Below, in pieces: positions 52,389 through 59,533 of a stretch of 64,000 bases of DNA (positions are counted from its first letter, which is position 1; the number at the start of each line of letters is the position of its first letter). A program made the position numbers and the translations under genes. Origin of the DNA: Candidatus Avelusimicrobium excrementipullorum (GTDB lineage: Bacteria > Elusimicrobiota > Elusimicrobia > Elusimicrobiales > Elusimicrobiaceae); contig CALVGF010000003.1 of assembly GCA_944327025.1 (NCBI GenBank), positions 36,667-100,666 on the forward strand, read 5' to 3'. Under the pieces are notes generated by a model. The model had not been told where the DNA came from. It worked only from the letters and a program-made list of their open reading frames with translations, and ran no database searches.

Positions 52389-52397
52389 ATTTTAGCA
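52389..52397 (-). promoter_or_regulatory. Extended -10 promoter TGcTAAAAT for tRNA-Gln (and probably lysS)
   Basis: The minus strand reads ATGCTAAAAT and ends 11 nt upstream of the mature 5' end. Confidence 0.6.
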
Positions 52398-52464
52398 TTT
52401 CGCACCGCGCCGCGCAAGGGGCCGGCCAAAAAACGGGAAGAACAGGCACAACAGGCGGGCAATT

Positions 52465-52473
52465 TGTTATAAT
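52465..52473 (+). promoter_or_regulatory. Extended -10 promoter TGtTATAAT for the CAU tRNA
   Basis: Ends 12 nt upstream of the mature 5' end. Confidence 0.6.
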
Positions 52474-52485
52474 AAAAGCAGTTCC

Positions 52486-52559
52486 GCGCCTATAGCTCAA
52501 TCGGTTAGAGCAACCGACTCATAATCGGTGGGTTCCAGGTTCAAGTCCTGGTGGGCGCA
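52486..52559 (+). tRNA. tRNA with CAU anticodon: elongator tRNA-Met or tRNA-Ile2 (lysidine), not distinguishable by eye
   Basis: GCGCCTA TA GCTC AATCGGTTA GAGC A ACCGA CTCATAA TCGGT GGGTT CCAGG TTCAAGT CCTGG TGGGCGC A. It has no initiator features (Y11:R24, and an anticodon stem that is not G:C-rich). Confidence 0.85.
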
Positions 52560-52577
52560 GGTAAATTTTAACAAAAA

Positions 52578-52600
52578 AGAGGCCCCAAAGGCCTCTTTTT
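52578..52600 (+). terminator. Intrinsic terminator between the two + strand tRNAs
   Basis: AGAGGCC-CCAAA-GGCCTCT followed by TTTTT. Confidence 0.75.
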
Positions 52601-52620
52601 ATTTGTTTCGGCGGCAAAAT

Positions 52621-52629
52621 TGCTACAAT
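52621..52629 (+). promoter_or_regulatory. Extended -10 promoter TGcTACAAT for tRNA-Pro
   Basis: Ends only 7 nt upstream of the mature 5' end, so the predicted +1 is at or next to tRNA position 1. Confidence 0.55.
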
Positions 52630-52636
52630 AAAAACA

Positions 52637-52708
52637 CGGGGCATGGCCCAATGGTAGGGCGTCCGCTTTGGGAGCGGAAGGTTCCCGGTTCGAGCCCGGG
52701 TGCCCCGA
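52637..52708 (+). tRNA. tRNA-Pro (anticodon UGG)
   Basis: CGGGGCA TG GCCC AATGGTA GGGC G TCCGC TTTGGGA GCGGA AGGTT CCCGG TTCGAGC CCGGG TGCCCCG A. Confidence 0.9.
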
Positions 52709-52722
52709 TTTTTATATCTTTT

Positions 52723-53682
52723 ATGAACAACGCAGAACCGAAACTGCCGTATCTGACGTTTGTGCACCGTCCTCAACGGGGCTATTTGTTTCACGGGGAC
52801 GGAGATATTCATACCGTCGTGTCCCCCGCGTTTGAAACGCCGGTGGATTTTTCGTCGTTGATTCTTTCCGTTAATTACCATACGGCCACCAACGGCTGGC
52901 TCCTGTCCGAGGTGCAAATCCGCCAGGGGGGCGTATGGAGCAAATTTTTTAAGCTGGCGCTGTTTTCCGTGCGCCTGGGGCACAGCTTTGATACGCAGGA
53001 GGACGACAGCGCTTTCCTGGCGGTGGATGTGTTGCGCGCCAAAACGCCCGCCCAGGCGTACCGTTTCCGCCTGACTTTGCACGGGGATATGGACGTGCCG
53101 CGCGTATTCGTCTGTCTGACCGACGCCGCGGCCGCATATGACGGCTGTGCCGCCATTTTGCCGCCCGGCCATTTAAAAATCCCCGTCAACCCCCTTTCCC
53201 AAATGTGTCTGGCCGTTTCGCCCACGGATAAGCTGCGGCTGTGCAGCCCCACTTCGCTGACCATGGCTTTGCAGACGTTAGGCGTCAAAGCCGAGCCGCT
53301 GCAAACCGCTTCGGCCGTATATGACGACCGTGCGCGGATTTACGGAAACTGGACCCTAAACACGGCCTATGCCTCCCGTCTGGGGTGTGAGGCGTTTGTC
53401 ACCCGTTTCCAGCGCCTTTCGCAGCTGGGGGAGTTTTTGACGCCGCAGAGTCTGGTGCTGGCCACCGTGGCTTACAAGCGCGGGGAGCTGGCCGGCGCGG
53501 CGGCGGCGCAGACCCCGGGGCATCTGGTGCTGCTTTGCGGGTGGGAAAATGGTAAAATACGGGTGGCCGATCCGGCCGCCGAAACCGCCAAGGAAGTAAT
53601 CCGTTTTTATGACGCAGCAGAATTTGCCCGCGCCTGGCTGATGCACAAACGCGGTGCGGCGTATTTAGTGAGGAAACTATGA
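52723..53682 (+). CDS. Putative cysteine peptidase (Peptidase_C39_2-like) with an unrecognised N-terminal domain of about 170 aa
   Basis: Catalytic-Cys context LCSPTSLTMALQTLG and His context PGHLVLLCGWENGKIRVADPAA. ATG 52723 is the first in-frame start after tRNA-Pro. No SD. Confidence 0.55.
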   Translation: MNNAEPKLPYLTFVHRPQRGYLFHGDGDIHTVVSPAFETPVDFSSLILSVNYHTATNGWLLSEVQIRQGGVWSKFFKLALFSVRLGHSFDTQEDDSAFLAVDVLRAKTPAQAYRFRLTLHGDMDVPRVFVCLTDAAAAYDGCAAILPPGHLKIPVNPLSQMCLAVSPTDKLRLCSPTSLTMALQTLGVKAEPLQTASAVYDDRARIYGNWTLNTAYASRLGCEAFVTRFQRLSQLGEFLTPQSLVLATVAYKRGELAGAAAAQTPGHLVLLCGWENGKIRVADPAAETAKEVIRFYDAAEFARAWLMHKRGAAYLVRKL

Positions 53683-55421
53683 AGAAACTCTTTTTTGTAT
53701 GGTTTGTTTGTTTGTGTTTTTTCTGTGCCTGTGCGGAGAAGCAGGATAATGATACGTTGATTATGGCCCACGGCGGGGAAATGCAGTCTTTGGACCCTGT
53801 GTTTTCTTATGACGGGGTAACGCAGGGCATGATGATGAACGTGTACGATACGCTGCTGAAATTTAACGGCAGCTCCATGAATGAATTTTTGCCTTCCCTG
53901 TCCACGCAGGTGCCTACGGTGGAAAACGGCCTGATTTCCCGGGACGGGCTGACCTATACTTTTCCCATACGCAAGGGCGTTAAATTTCATGACGGTACGG
54001 AAATGACTCCGGAGGACGTACGTTACTCTATTTTGCGTTTTATTCTGTCCGATGTGTCCGGCGGTCCGTCCTCCCTGCTGCTGGAGCCGATTTTGGGTTA
54101 TAGTTCCACGCGTGACGAACAAGGCAATATCGTAGTGGATTTTAAAGAAGCCGCGGAAGCCGTGCAGGTGCAGGGGGATAATGTGGTTATCCGTCTAAAA
54201 AAGCCCTTTGCTCCGTTTTTGGGCGTTCTGGCGCGCTGGGGATATGTGGTGCCCAAAAACTGGGTGGCGGCGCACGGCGGCTGGGACGGCACGGAAGAAA
54301 CGTGGAAGCAGTTTAACAATTTTGAAAAGCAATCTTCCTACTTGTTTGATCATATGAACGGCACCGGCCCGTTTAAGCTGGTGCGCTGGGATATTTCGGG
54401 CCGCCGCCTGCAGCTGGCCGCCAACGAGGAATATTTTGAAGGAGCCCCGCGGCTTAAAAATATTCACATGATGACGGTGACCGAACCGAGCACCCTGCGC
54501 CTTCTGTTGGAAGGGGGGGACGTGGATATTGCGGAAATTCCCACCCAGTACGCCGACCAGCTTAAAGGCACGGAAGGGGTGGTCATATATGATAATCTGC
54601 CCCGTCTGCGCACAGATCCCGTCATCTTTTTTACGCTGGACGTCAATGCCAAAGGCAACCCGGATATCGGTTCAGGCAAGCTGGACGGCAACGGTATTCC
54701 GCCCGACTTCTTTTCCGATTTGGACGTGCGCAAAGGGTTTGAATATGCTTTTGATTACAACTCGTTTCTCAAAGAAGGTCTAAACGGCCGCGGTGCGCGC
54801 GCCTACGGCCCCGCTCCGGAAGGCCTGGTTTTCTATGACAAAAACGATCCGCATTATGATTTTGACCTTAAAAAAGCCGAAGAACATTTCCGAAAAGCCT
54901 GGGGCGGACAAGTGTGGGATAAAGGCTTTGCGCTGACCATTACTTATAATTCCGGCGGTTTCCCGCGTCAAATGGCGGCGGAAATGCTCAAACGCAATGT
55001 GGAATCCATTAATCCGAAATTTAAGGTGGACGTGCGCGGCGTTATGTGGGCGTCGTTCCTGGAAAAAACCGCCGCCCGCCAAATGCCCATTTGGGTCCGC
55101 GGCTGGGTGGGGGATTACGCCGACCCGCATAACTTCTATTTTAATTTTATGCACCGCGACGGCCGTTATTCCCAGGCCCAGGGATATCAAAATCCCCGCG
55201 CCGATGAATTGGTGGGCAAAGCGTTGGCAGAGAACAATCCGGCCAAACGCGCCAAATACTATAAAGAACTGCAAAAAATCGCTTATGAGGACGCCATGCA
55301 GATTTATACCGTTCATCCCACCGGTCTGTGGGCCATGCGCAGCCGCGTAAAAGGCTTTCAGGACAATCCGGTGTTTATGGGCATTTATTTTTATCCGATG
55401 TATAAAGAATCGGAAAAATAA
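53679..55421 (+). CDS. ABC transporter substrate-binding protein, family 5 (peptide/nickel/opine type), orphan
   Basis: Signal/lipoprotein-like N-terminus MKKLFFVWFVCLCFFCAC. SBP_bac_5-like length (580 aa) and motifs. ATGA overlap with the peptidase gene. No permease or ATPase genes nearby. Confidence 0.8.
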   Translation: MKKLFFVWFVCLCFFCACAEKQDNDTLIMAHGGEMQSLDPVFSYDGVTQGMMMNVYDTLLKFNGSSMNEFLPSLSTQVPTVENGLISRDGLTYTFPIRKGVKFHDGTEMTPEDVRYSILRFILSDVSGGPSSLLLEPILGYSSTRDEQGNIVVDFKEAAEAVQVQGDNVVIRLKKPFAPFLGVLARWGYVVPKNWVAAHGGWDGTEETWKQFNNFEKQSSYLFDHMNGTGPFKLVRWDISGRRLQLAANEEYFEGAPRLKNIHMMTVTEPSTLRLLLEGGDVDIAEIPTQYADQLKGTEGVVIYDNLPRLRTDPVIFFTLDVNAKGNPDIGSGKLDGNGIPPDFFSDLDVRKGFEYAFDYNSFLKEGLNGRGARAYGPAPEGLVFYDKNDPHYDFDLKKAEEHFRKAWGGQVWDKGFALTITYNSGGFPRQMAAEMLKRNVESINPKFKVDVRGVMWASFLEKTAARQMPIWVRGWVGDYADPHNFYFNFMHRDGRYSQAQGYQNPRADELVGKALAENNPAKRAKYYKELQKIAYEDAMQIYTVHPTGLWAMRSRVKGFQDNPVFMGIYFYPMYKESEK

Positions 55422-55438
55422 AGGCGGTTTTATTTCAA

Positions 55439-55474
55439 AACAACGTACGGCATTGTATCCGTGCGTTGTTTTTT
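55439..55474 (+). terminator. Intrinsic terminator after the SBP gene
   Basis: AACAACGTACGG-CATTGTAT-CCGTGCGTTGTT followed by TTTT (the stem contains one G-U pair). Confidence 0.75.
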
Positions 55475-55525
55475 ATGCGGGAATGCGCTGTTTTTGGCGC
55501 CGTATTTGTCTTTTGGACGTAAATT

Positions 55526-55534
55526 TGCTATACT
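55526..55534 (+). promoter_or_regulatory. Extended -10 promoter TGcTATACT for the initiator-like tRNA
   Basis: Ends 5 nt upstream of tRNA position 1, so the predicted +1 falls on tRNA positions 1-3. Confidence 0.5.
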
Positions 55535-55539
55535 TATAT

Positions 55540-55613
55540 TGCGGGGTAGAGAAGCCTGGTATCTCGCAAGGCCCATAACCTTGAGATCACTGGTTCAAAT
55601 CCAGTCCCCGCAA
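55540..55613 (+). tRNA. Initiator-like tRNA-fMet (anticodon CAU) with atypical features
   Basis: TGCGGGG TA GAGA AGCCTGGTA TCTC G CAAGG CCCATAA CCTTG AGATC ACTGG TTCAAAT CCAGT CCCCGCA A. It is colinear with E. coli tRNA-fMet and has A11:U24, but also U1:A72, A29:U41 and C33. Confidence 0.75.
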
Positions 55614-55624
55614 TAGATTTCATA

Positions 55625-55647
55625 CCGCCCTTACGGGCGGTTTTTTT
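55625..55647 (+). terminator. Intrinsic terminator after tRNA-fMet
   Basis: CCGCCC-TTAC-GGGCGG followed by TTTTTTT. Confidence 0.85.
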
Positions 55648-55756
55648 ATGCGGCGGTGGAGTGATATTTGGCGGATATGGACATCTGCCCCGCCATTTTA
55701 TGTACAATTAAAAAAAAAGGGTTGGCCGAAAAAAGGCCAAAAAGAAGGTGAAGCAC

Positions 55757-56758
55757 ATGAAAACGATTGTATTTGTAGGAAACCACAAAAATTTCTCCGG
55801 CCTGCGCCTGGGAACGCGCCTGGCCCACGTATTGGCGGAAAAAGGCCAGGATACCGTTTTGGCCGGTATAAAAGGCAAGCTGCCCAAACATACGAAACTC
55901 GCCACCCTGGAATTTGCCGCCGCGGCCAAAGCCAAAAGCATGGCCGAAACGTTTAAAAAAGCGGGTGCGGACCGCGTGATTTCGCTGGTGTCTTTGCCGG
56001 CGTGCGAAGCCGCCGCTTTGGCGGGGCTGCCGTATATTTACTGCGAGCCCGAAAATTTCAAAGAAGAAAAAGCCGTTAAAAACAAAAAAGCGTTGCTTAA
56101 AAAAGCCGAAAAAGTGGTGGTTATTGGCAAAGGGGATAAAACGCTGGATAAAAAGCTGTATGCCTCCAACGCCGTGCGCACCGCCAATCCCGCCGTGTGG
56201 GTGGAACATTACAATTATGACAAACCCGCCTGCTTTAAGAAAGAGAACAATATTGTGGCCGCGGGCAAGCTGGCCAAAAGCGGCGGCTTTGACGTTTTGC
56301 TGAAAACCTGGGCGCGTCTGGCCCCTGCACACGGCACCTGGCATTTAACCATTGTGGGAGACGGGGTAAACAAAGCCGCCCTGAAAAAATTTATAGAGAA
56401 AAACGGCCTTTCCGAAAGCACCGAAATCGTGCCGGCGGACAGTGATTTGTACAGCCTGCTGCGCAACGCCGACATTTACGTCAGCCCCGCGCGTGAAGCC
56501 GAAGGGCTGGACGAACTTTTGGACGCCATGGCCAGCAAACTGCCCGTAGTAGCCACGGATGTGGCCGGTGCGGATGAACTGGTGGCCAATGCCGTCAGCG
56601 GCCTGCTGGTCAACGCCGGGGAAGAAGAACCGCTGACCGTGGCGCTGGACGACCTGATGGTCAACTGGGGCAAACGCGTGGGCATGGCTATAGAGGCCTC
56701 CCATATGAAGGACCGCTTCCCGTTTGACGCGTTTGCGGCCTTGTTTGACGAAGAATAA
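55757..56758 (+). CDS. Glycosyltransferase family 4 (GT-B, GT1/GT4 type)
   Basis: C-terminal EGLDELLDAMASKLPVVATDVAGADELV matches the GT4 E-x7-E region. ATG 55757 with SD AGAAGGTG; GTG 55748 is an alternative start. Confidence 0.8.
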   Translation: MKTIVFVGNHKNFSGLRLGTRLAHVLAEKGQDTVLAGIKGKLPKHTKLATLEFAAAAKAKSMAETFKKAGADRVISLVSLPACEAAALAGLPYIYCEPENFKEEKAVKNKKALLKKAEKVVVIGKGDKTLDKKLYASNAVRTANPAVWVEHYNYDKPACFKKENNIVAAGKLAKSGGFDVLLKTWARLAPAHGTWHLTIVGDGVNKAALKKFIEKNGLSESTEIVPADSDLYSLLRNADIYVSPAREAEGLDELLDAMASKLPVVATDVAGADELVANAVSGLLVNAGEEEPLTVALDDLMVNWGKRVGMAIEASHMKDRFPFDAFAALFDEE

Positions 56759-56763
56759 CATTC

Positions 56764-57978
56764 ATGGACTTTCACAACGACCGGACGCGGCTGTCCCTTA
56801 AAGCCCTGCAAATGCTGCCGCAAATGTACGGGCGGGACTGCCGCGCCGTGCGTTGGGCCTTTGCTTACCGCCGCCTGCGCAATGCGCTGTGGTGGGGGTG
56901 GCGCCGGCGCGTGCTGTCCTGTATAAAAAAAAGCCCGCCCAAAGACGGCCGCCTGCATGTGTTCTGGCATTTGCGCGGCGGTCTGGGCGACTGTGCCGCA
57001 GCGCGCCTGGCCGTGCTGGCTTTGCGCGCCAAACTGCCCGCTTCCGTATTTTATTATCATACCGATTCCCCGTCCGCCGCGGCGGCTTTGTTTGTGGAAG
57101 ATGAGAAAAATATTTTTCTTCCTGCCGGCCAGCCGCTGTGGTATAAATACGACGTGGCCTTTGAAACCTGTCAGTCTTTTAAAACCGTATACGTCAACCG
57201 AGCCCGCGTGCAAAAAACGGCGCCGGAATTTTTGCCGCTTTTGGACGAAATGGCCAAACGGCAAAACGAGTTTTCTTTTTTTCTGTCGGATAATTATTTA
57301 ATGGAAGATTTGCTGGGGCGTTTTGCCGTGGAACAAAAACTGCCGCGCGCGGCCCTGCTGTCTTATTTAAGCGGCACGGATTTTGACCCGCTGGCCGCAC
57401 CGTCGCTTCCGCCGCAGCTGACGGACGGCGCGCGCCTGGCGCGCTTTGGCCTGCAGGGGAAAAAATATATCACGTTTCATGACGGTATAGACGCCACGTT
57501 TCATTTGCGCGGGAGCCGTCCTTTAAAAAGCTGGCCGGAAAAGAACTGGCGGGAGCTGGCCCGCTTGTTGAAAGAAAAGTATTCGGATATCACACTGGTA
57601 CAGCTGGGCGGAAAAAACAGCCCCAAATATGATTTTGCCGATGTCTGCCTGGTGGGGCAAACCTGCGTGGCGGATCTGCCGGCCCTGTTAAACCATACCC
57701 TGCTGCATATAGACGGGGAAAGCGGCCTGGTGCAGCTGGCGCGCTTTTTGCAAAGCCGCTGCCTGGTGCTGTTTGGGCCGACGGACAAAGATTTCTTCGG
57801 GCTTTCCAAAAATATCAATTTGAAAGAAAATGCCTGCGGCAGCTGTATGTGGCTGTTGGGCACGGCCTGGCACGTGACTTGTGCGCTGGGCTATAAAACC
57901 TGCCGCAACATGGACGCGCTGACGCCGGAAAAAGTGTTCCGCGCGGCGTGCGGCGCCCTGGACGAAGTATTAAAATAA
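56764..57978 (+). CDS. Glycosyltransferase family 9 (heptosyltransferase-like)
   Basis: RGGLGDCAAA in the N-terminal half, and WPEKNW..L...L......LVQLGG ... DGESGLVQLA ... LFGPTD in the C-terminal half. Confidence 0.7.
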   Translation: MDFHNDRTRLSLKALQMLPQMYGRDCRAVRWAFAYRRLRNALWWGWRRRVLSCIKKSPPKDGRLHVFWHLRGGLGDCAAARLAVLALRAKLPASVFYYHTDSPSAAAALFVEDEKNIFLPAGQPLWYKYDVAFETCQSFKTVYVNRARVQKTAPEFLPLLDEMAKRQNEFSFFLSDNYLMEDLLGRFAVEQKLPRAALLSYLSGTDFDPLAAPSLPPQLTDGARLARFGLQGKKYITFHDGIDATFHLRGSRPLKSWPEKNWRELARLLKEKYSDITLVQLGGKNSPKYDFADVCLVGQTCVADLPALLNHTLLHIDGESGLVQLARFLQSRCLVLFGPTDKDFFGLSKNINLKENACGSCMWLLGTAWHVTCALGYKTCRNMDALTPEKVFRAACGALDEVLK

Positions 57979-59499
57979 TTTCTTGGCGATGCGGGATATT
58001 TCCGTAGATTTTAAAAACAACTGCAAATCGCGGCTTTTATAAGACACCAGCAGCAGCGCCGCCACATAAACCGATCCGCCGAAAAGCAAATTCAAAAAGT
58101 AATCGTCTTCCCCCATAAACATACGCACCGCCGCCGCGGGCACCAAAGCAATAATATTAATGGCCAGCAGGCGCAGCAGCTCCCAAAAAGAACGGAAATA
58201 ATTGACGAAGGGGAAATAGCGCTTAAACAGAAACGCATTGACGATAAACCCGAATATCAGCCCGCCCAGCACGATGTACGGATAGGCGTACGGCCCCAGC
58301 ACGGGCAGCAAAAACCACGCCGCCGCCAGCGCCAGCGTCGTTAAAAACATATACGGAAACGCCTCTTTTACTTTCAGCCAGGCCACCACGGTATTGCTCT
58401 GCAGGTTGGACGGCACGAGCAGAATAACCGTGAAAATCAGCGGGCGCAGAAACCGCGCCGTATCCGCCGCCGCCTGCGCGGTAAAGCGGCCGCGTTCAAA
58501 AAACAGGCCCACAATATCCGTTGCAAAATAGCAGGAAAATACGGCCAGCGGCGTGAGAATGAAAAGCAGCAGGTGGTTGGTGGACAGGAAATTTTTATTA
58601 AATACGTTGATCTGTCCGCGGGAGGCATTTTCTGTCAGCTCAATTTTGGAAATATTCGCCACGCGGTTGGTGACGATTTCCGTGGGAGAATCGGTCAGCT
58701 GTTTGCAGTAATTGAGCGCGCTGACCACGCCCGCGCCCATGCCGCTGAGCATATACAGCGGCAGCAAACTGTTTACGATTTCCATCACGGCCAGCGTCTG
58801 TCCCGTCAGCATATTTTTGCGGGCGGCGGGGCGCACGGTGCAGGGGCGGGGGACAAAATCCCAGTGCAGCTTGGTTTTTAACAAACATATCAGTATAGTA
58901 ATTTGCAGGAAGTTCGCCGCCAGAAACCCGTACATCATGCTGATAATGCCGATATGTCTGCCTAAAAACAGCAGCGCCAGCAGCGGGCAGGCGGCGTTTA
59001 GCGGCACCAGCAACGCCACGGAGAAGAACTTGTGCATTTCCGCCACGGCCGTCAGGTAATAGACCAGCAAATTGGTGGCAAAGAGAAAAAACGCCGCTCC
59101 CAGCAGCACCTGTTCCCGGGCCAGCAGGGCCGGCTCAAAGCGCGACACCAGCCCGACAATTCCCGCCGGAAACGTCAGCCCAAGCAGGCACAGCACCAGC
59201 GCCAAAAGCAGGTAAAAATAAAAACCCAGCGTCAAAAACCGGCGGCTTTGGCTTAAGTCCGCCTCGGCCAAAAACATGGCTTCGGGGATAAGGACGGAGT
59301 TGTTGAGCCGCTGCATAAACGTCACGCCGAAGCCTATCACCATAATCAGGTAAAAATATACGTCGGTATCCGCGCCCGCGCCGAAATACAGCGCCACCAG
59401 CACGCTGTTTAAAAAAGAGATGAGTTTCCAAAACGACGTCGCGCCTACGGCCAGGGCCGCGCCGGTTTTATAAGAGGTAGTCTTAAAAAGAGAAAACAT
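57970..59499 (-). CDS. MurJ/MviN-family (MOP superfamily) flippase
   Basis: 509 aa with about 14 TM segments. N-terminus LNSVLVALYFGAGADTDVYFY...NSVLIPE resembles the MurJ pattern. ATG 59499 is chosen; the ORF-track extension to 59781 overlaps gatB on the other strand. Confidence 0.75.
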   Translation of the reverse strand: MFSLFKTTSYKTGAALAVGATSFWKLISFLNSVLVALYFGAGADTDVYFYLIMVIGFGVTFMQRLNNSVLIPEAMFLAEADLSQSRRFLTLGFYFYLLLALVLCLLGLTFPAGIVGLVSRFEPALLAREQVLLGAAFFLFATNLLVYYLTAVAEMHKFFSVALLVPLNAACPLLALLFLGRHIGIISMMYGFLAANFLQITILICLLKTKLHWDFVPRPCTVRPAARKNMLTGQTLAVMEIVNSLLPLYMLSGMGAGVVSALNYCKQLTDSPTEIVTNRVANISKIELTENASRGQINVFNKNFLSTNHLLLFILTPLAVFSCYFATDIVGLFFERGRFTAQAAADTARFLRPLIFTVILLVPSNLQSNTVVAWLKVKEAFPYMFLTTLALAAAWFLLPVLGPYAYPYIVLGGLIFGFIVNAFLFKRYFPFVNYFRSFWELLRLLAINIIALVPAAAVRMFMGEDDYFLNLLFGGSVYVAALLLVSYKSRDLQLFLKSTEISRIAKKLF

Positions 59500-59506
59500 A
59501 TTTGAT

Positions 59507-59514
59507 ATTATAAT
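59507..59514. promoter_or_regulatory. Palindromic ATTATAAT providing overlapping divergent -10 boxes (murJ-like on -, gatB on +)
   Basis: The minus strand reads TATAAT-ATCAAAT-ATG (leaderless). The plus strand reads TATAAT-N19-ATG with SD GAGAGG. Confidence 0.45.
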
Positions 59515-59533
59515 AATTTGAGAGAGGTAAAAC

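Noticed and set aside
52304-55613. Possible genomic island between tRNA genes (tRNA-Gln/CAU/Pro ... peptidase + SBP ... tRNA-fMet).
   Set aside because: There is no integrase, transposase or phage gene and no direct repeat of a tRNA 3' end that I could find. The composition looks the same as the flanks.
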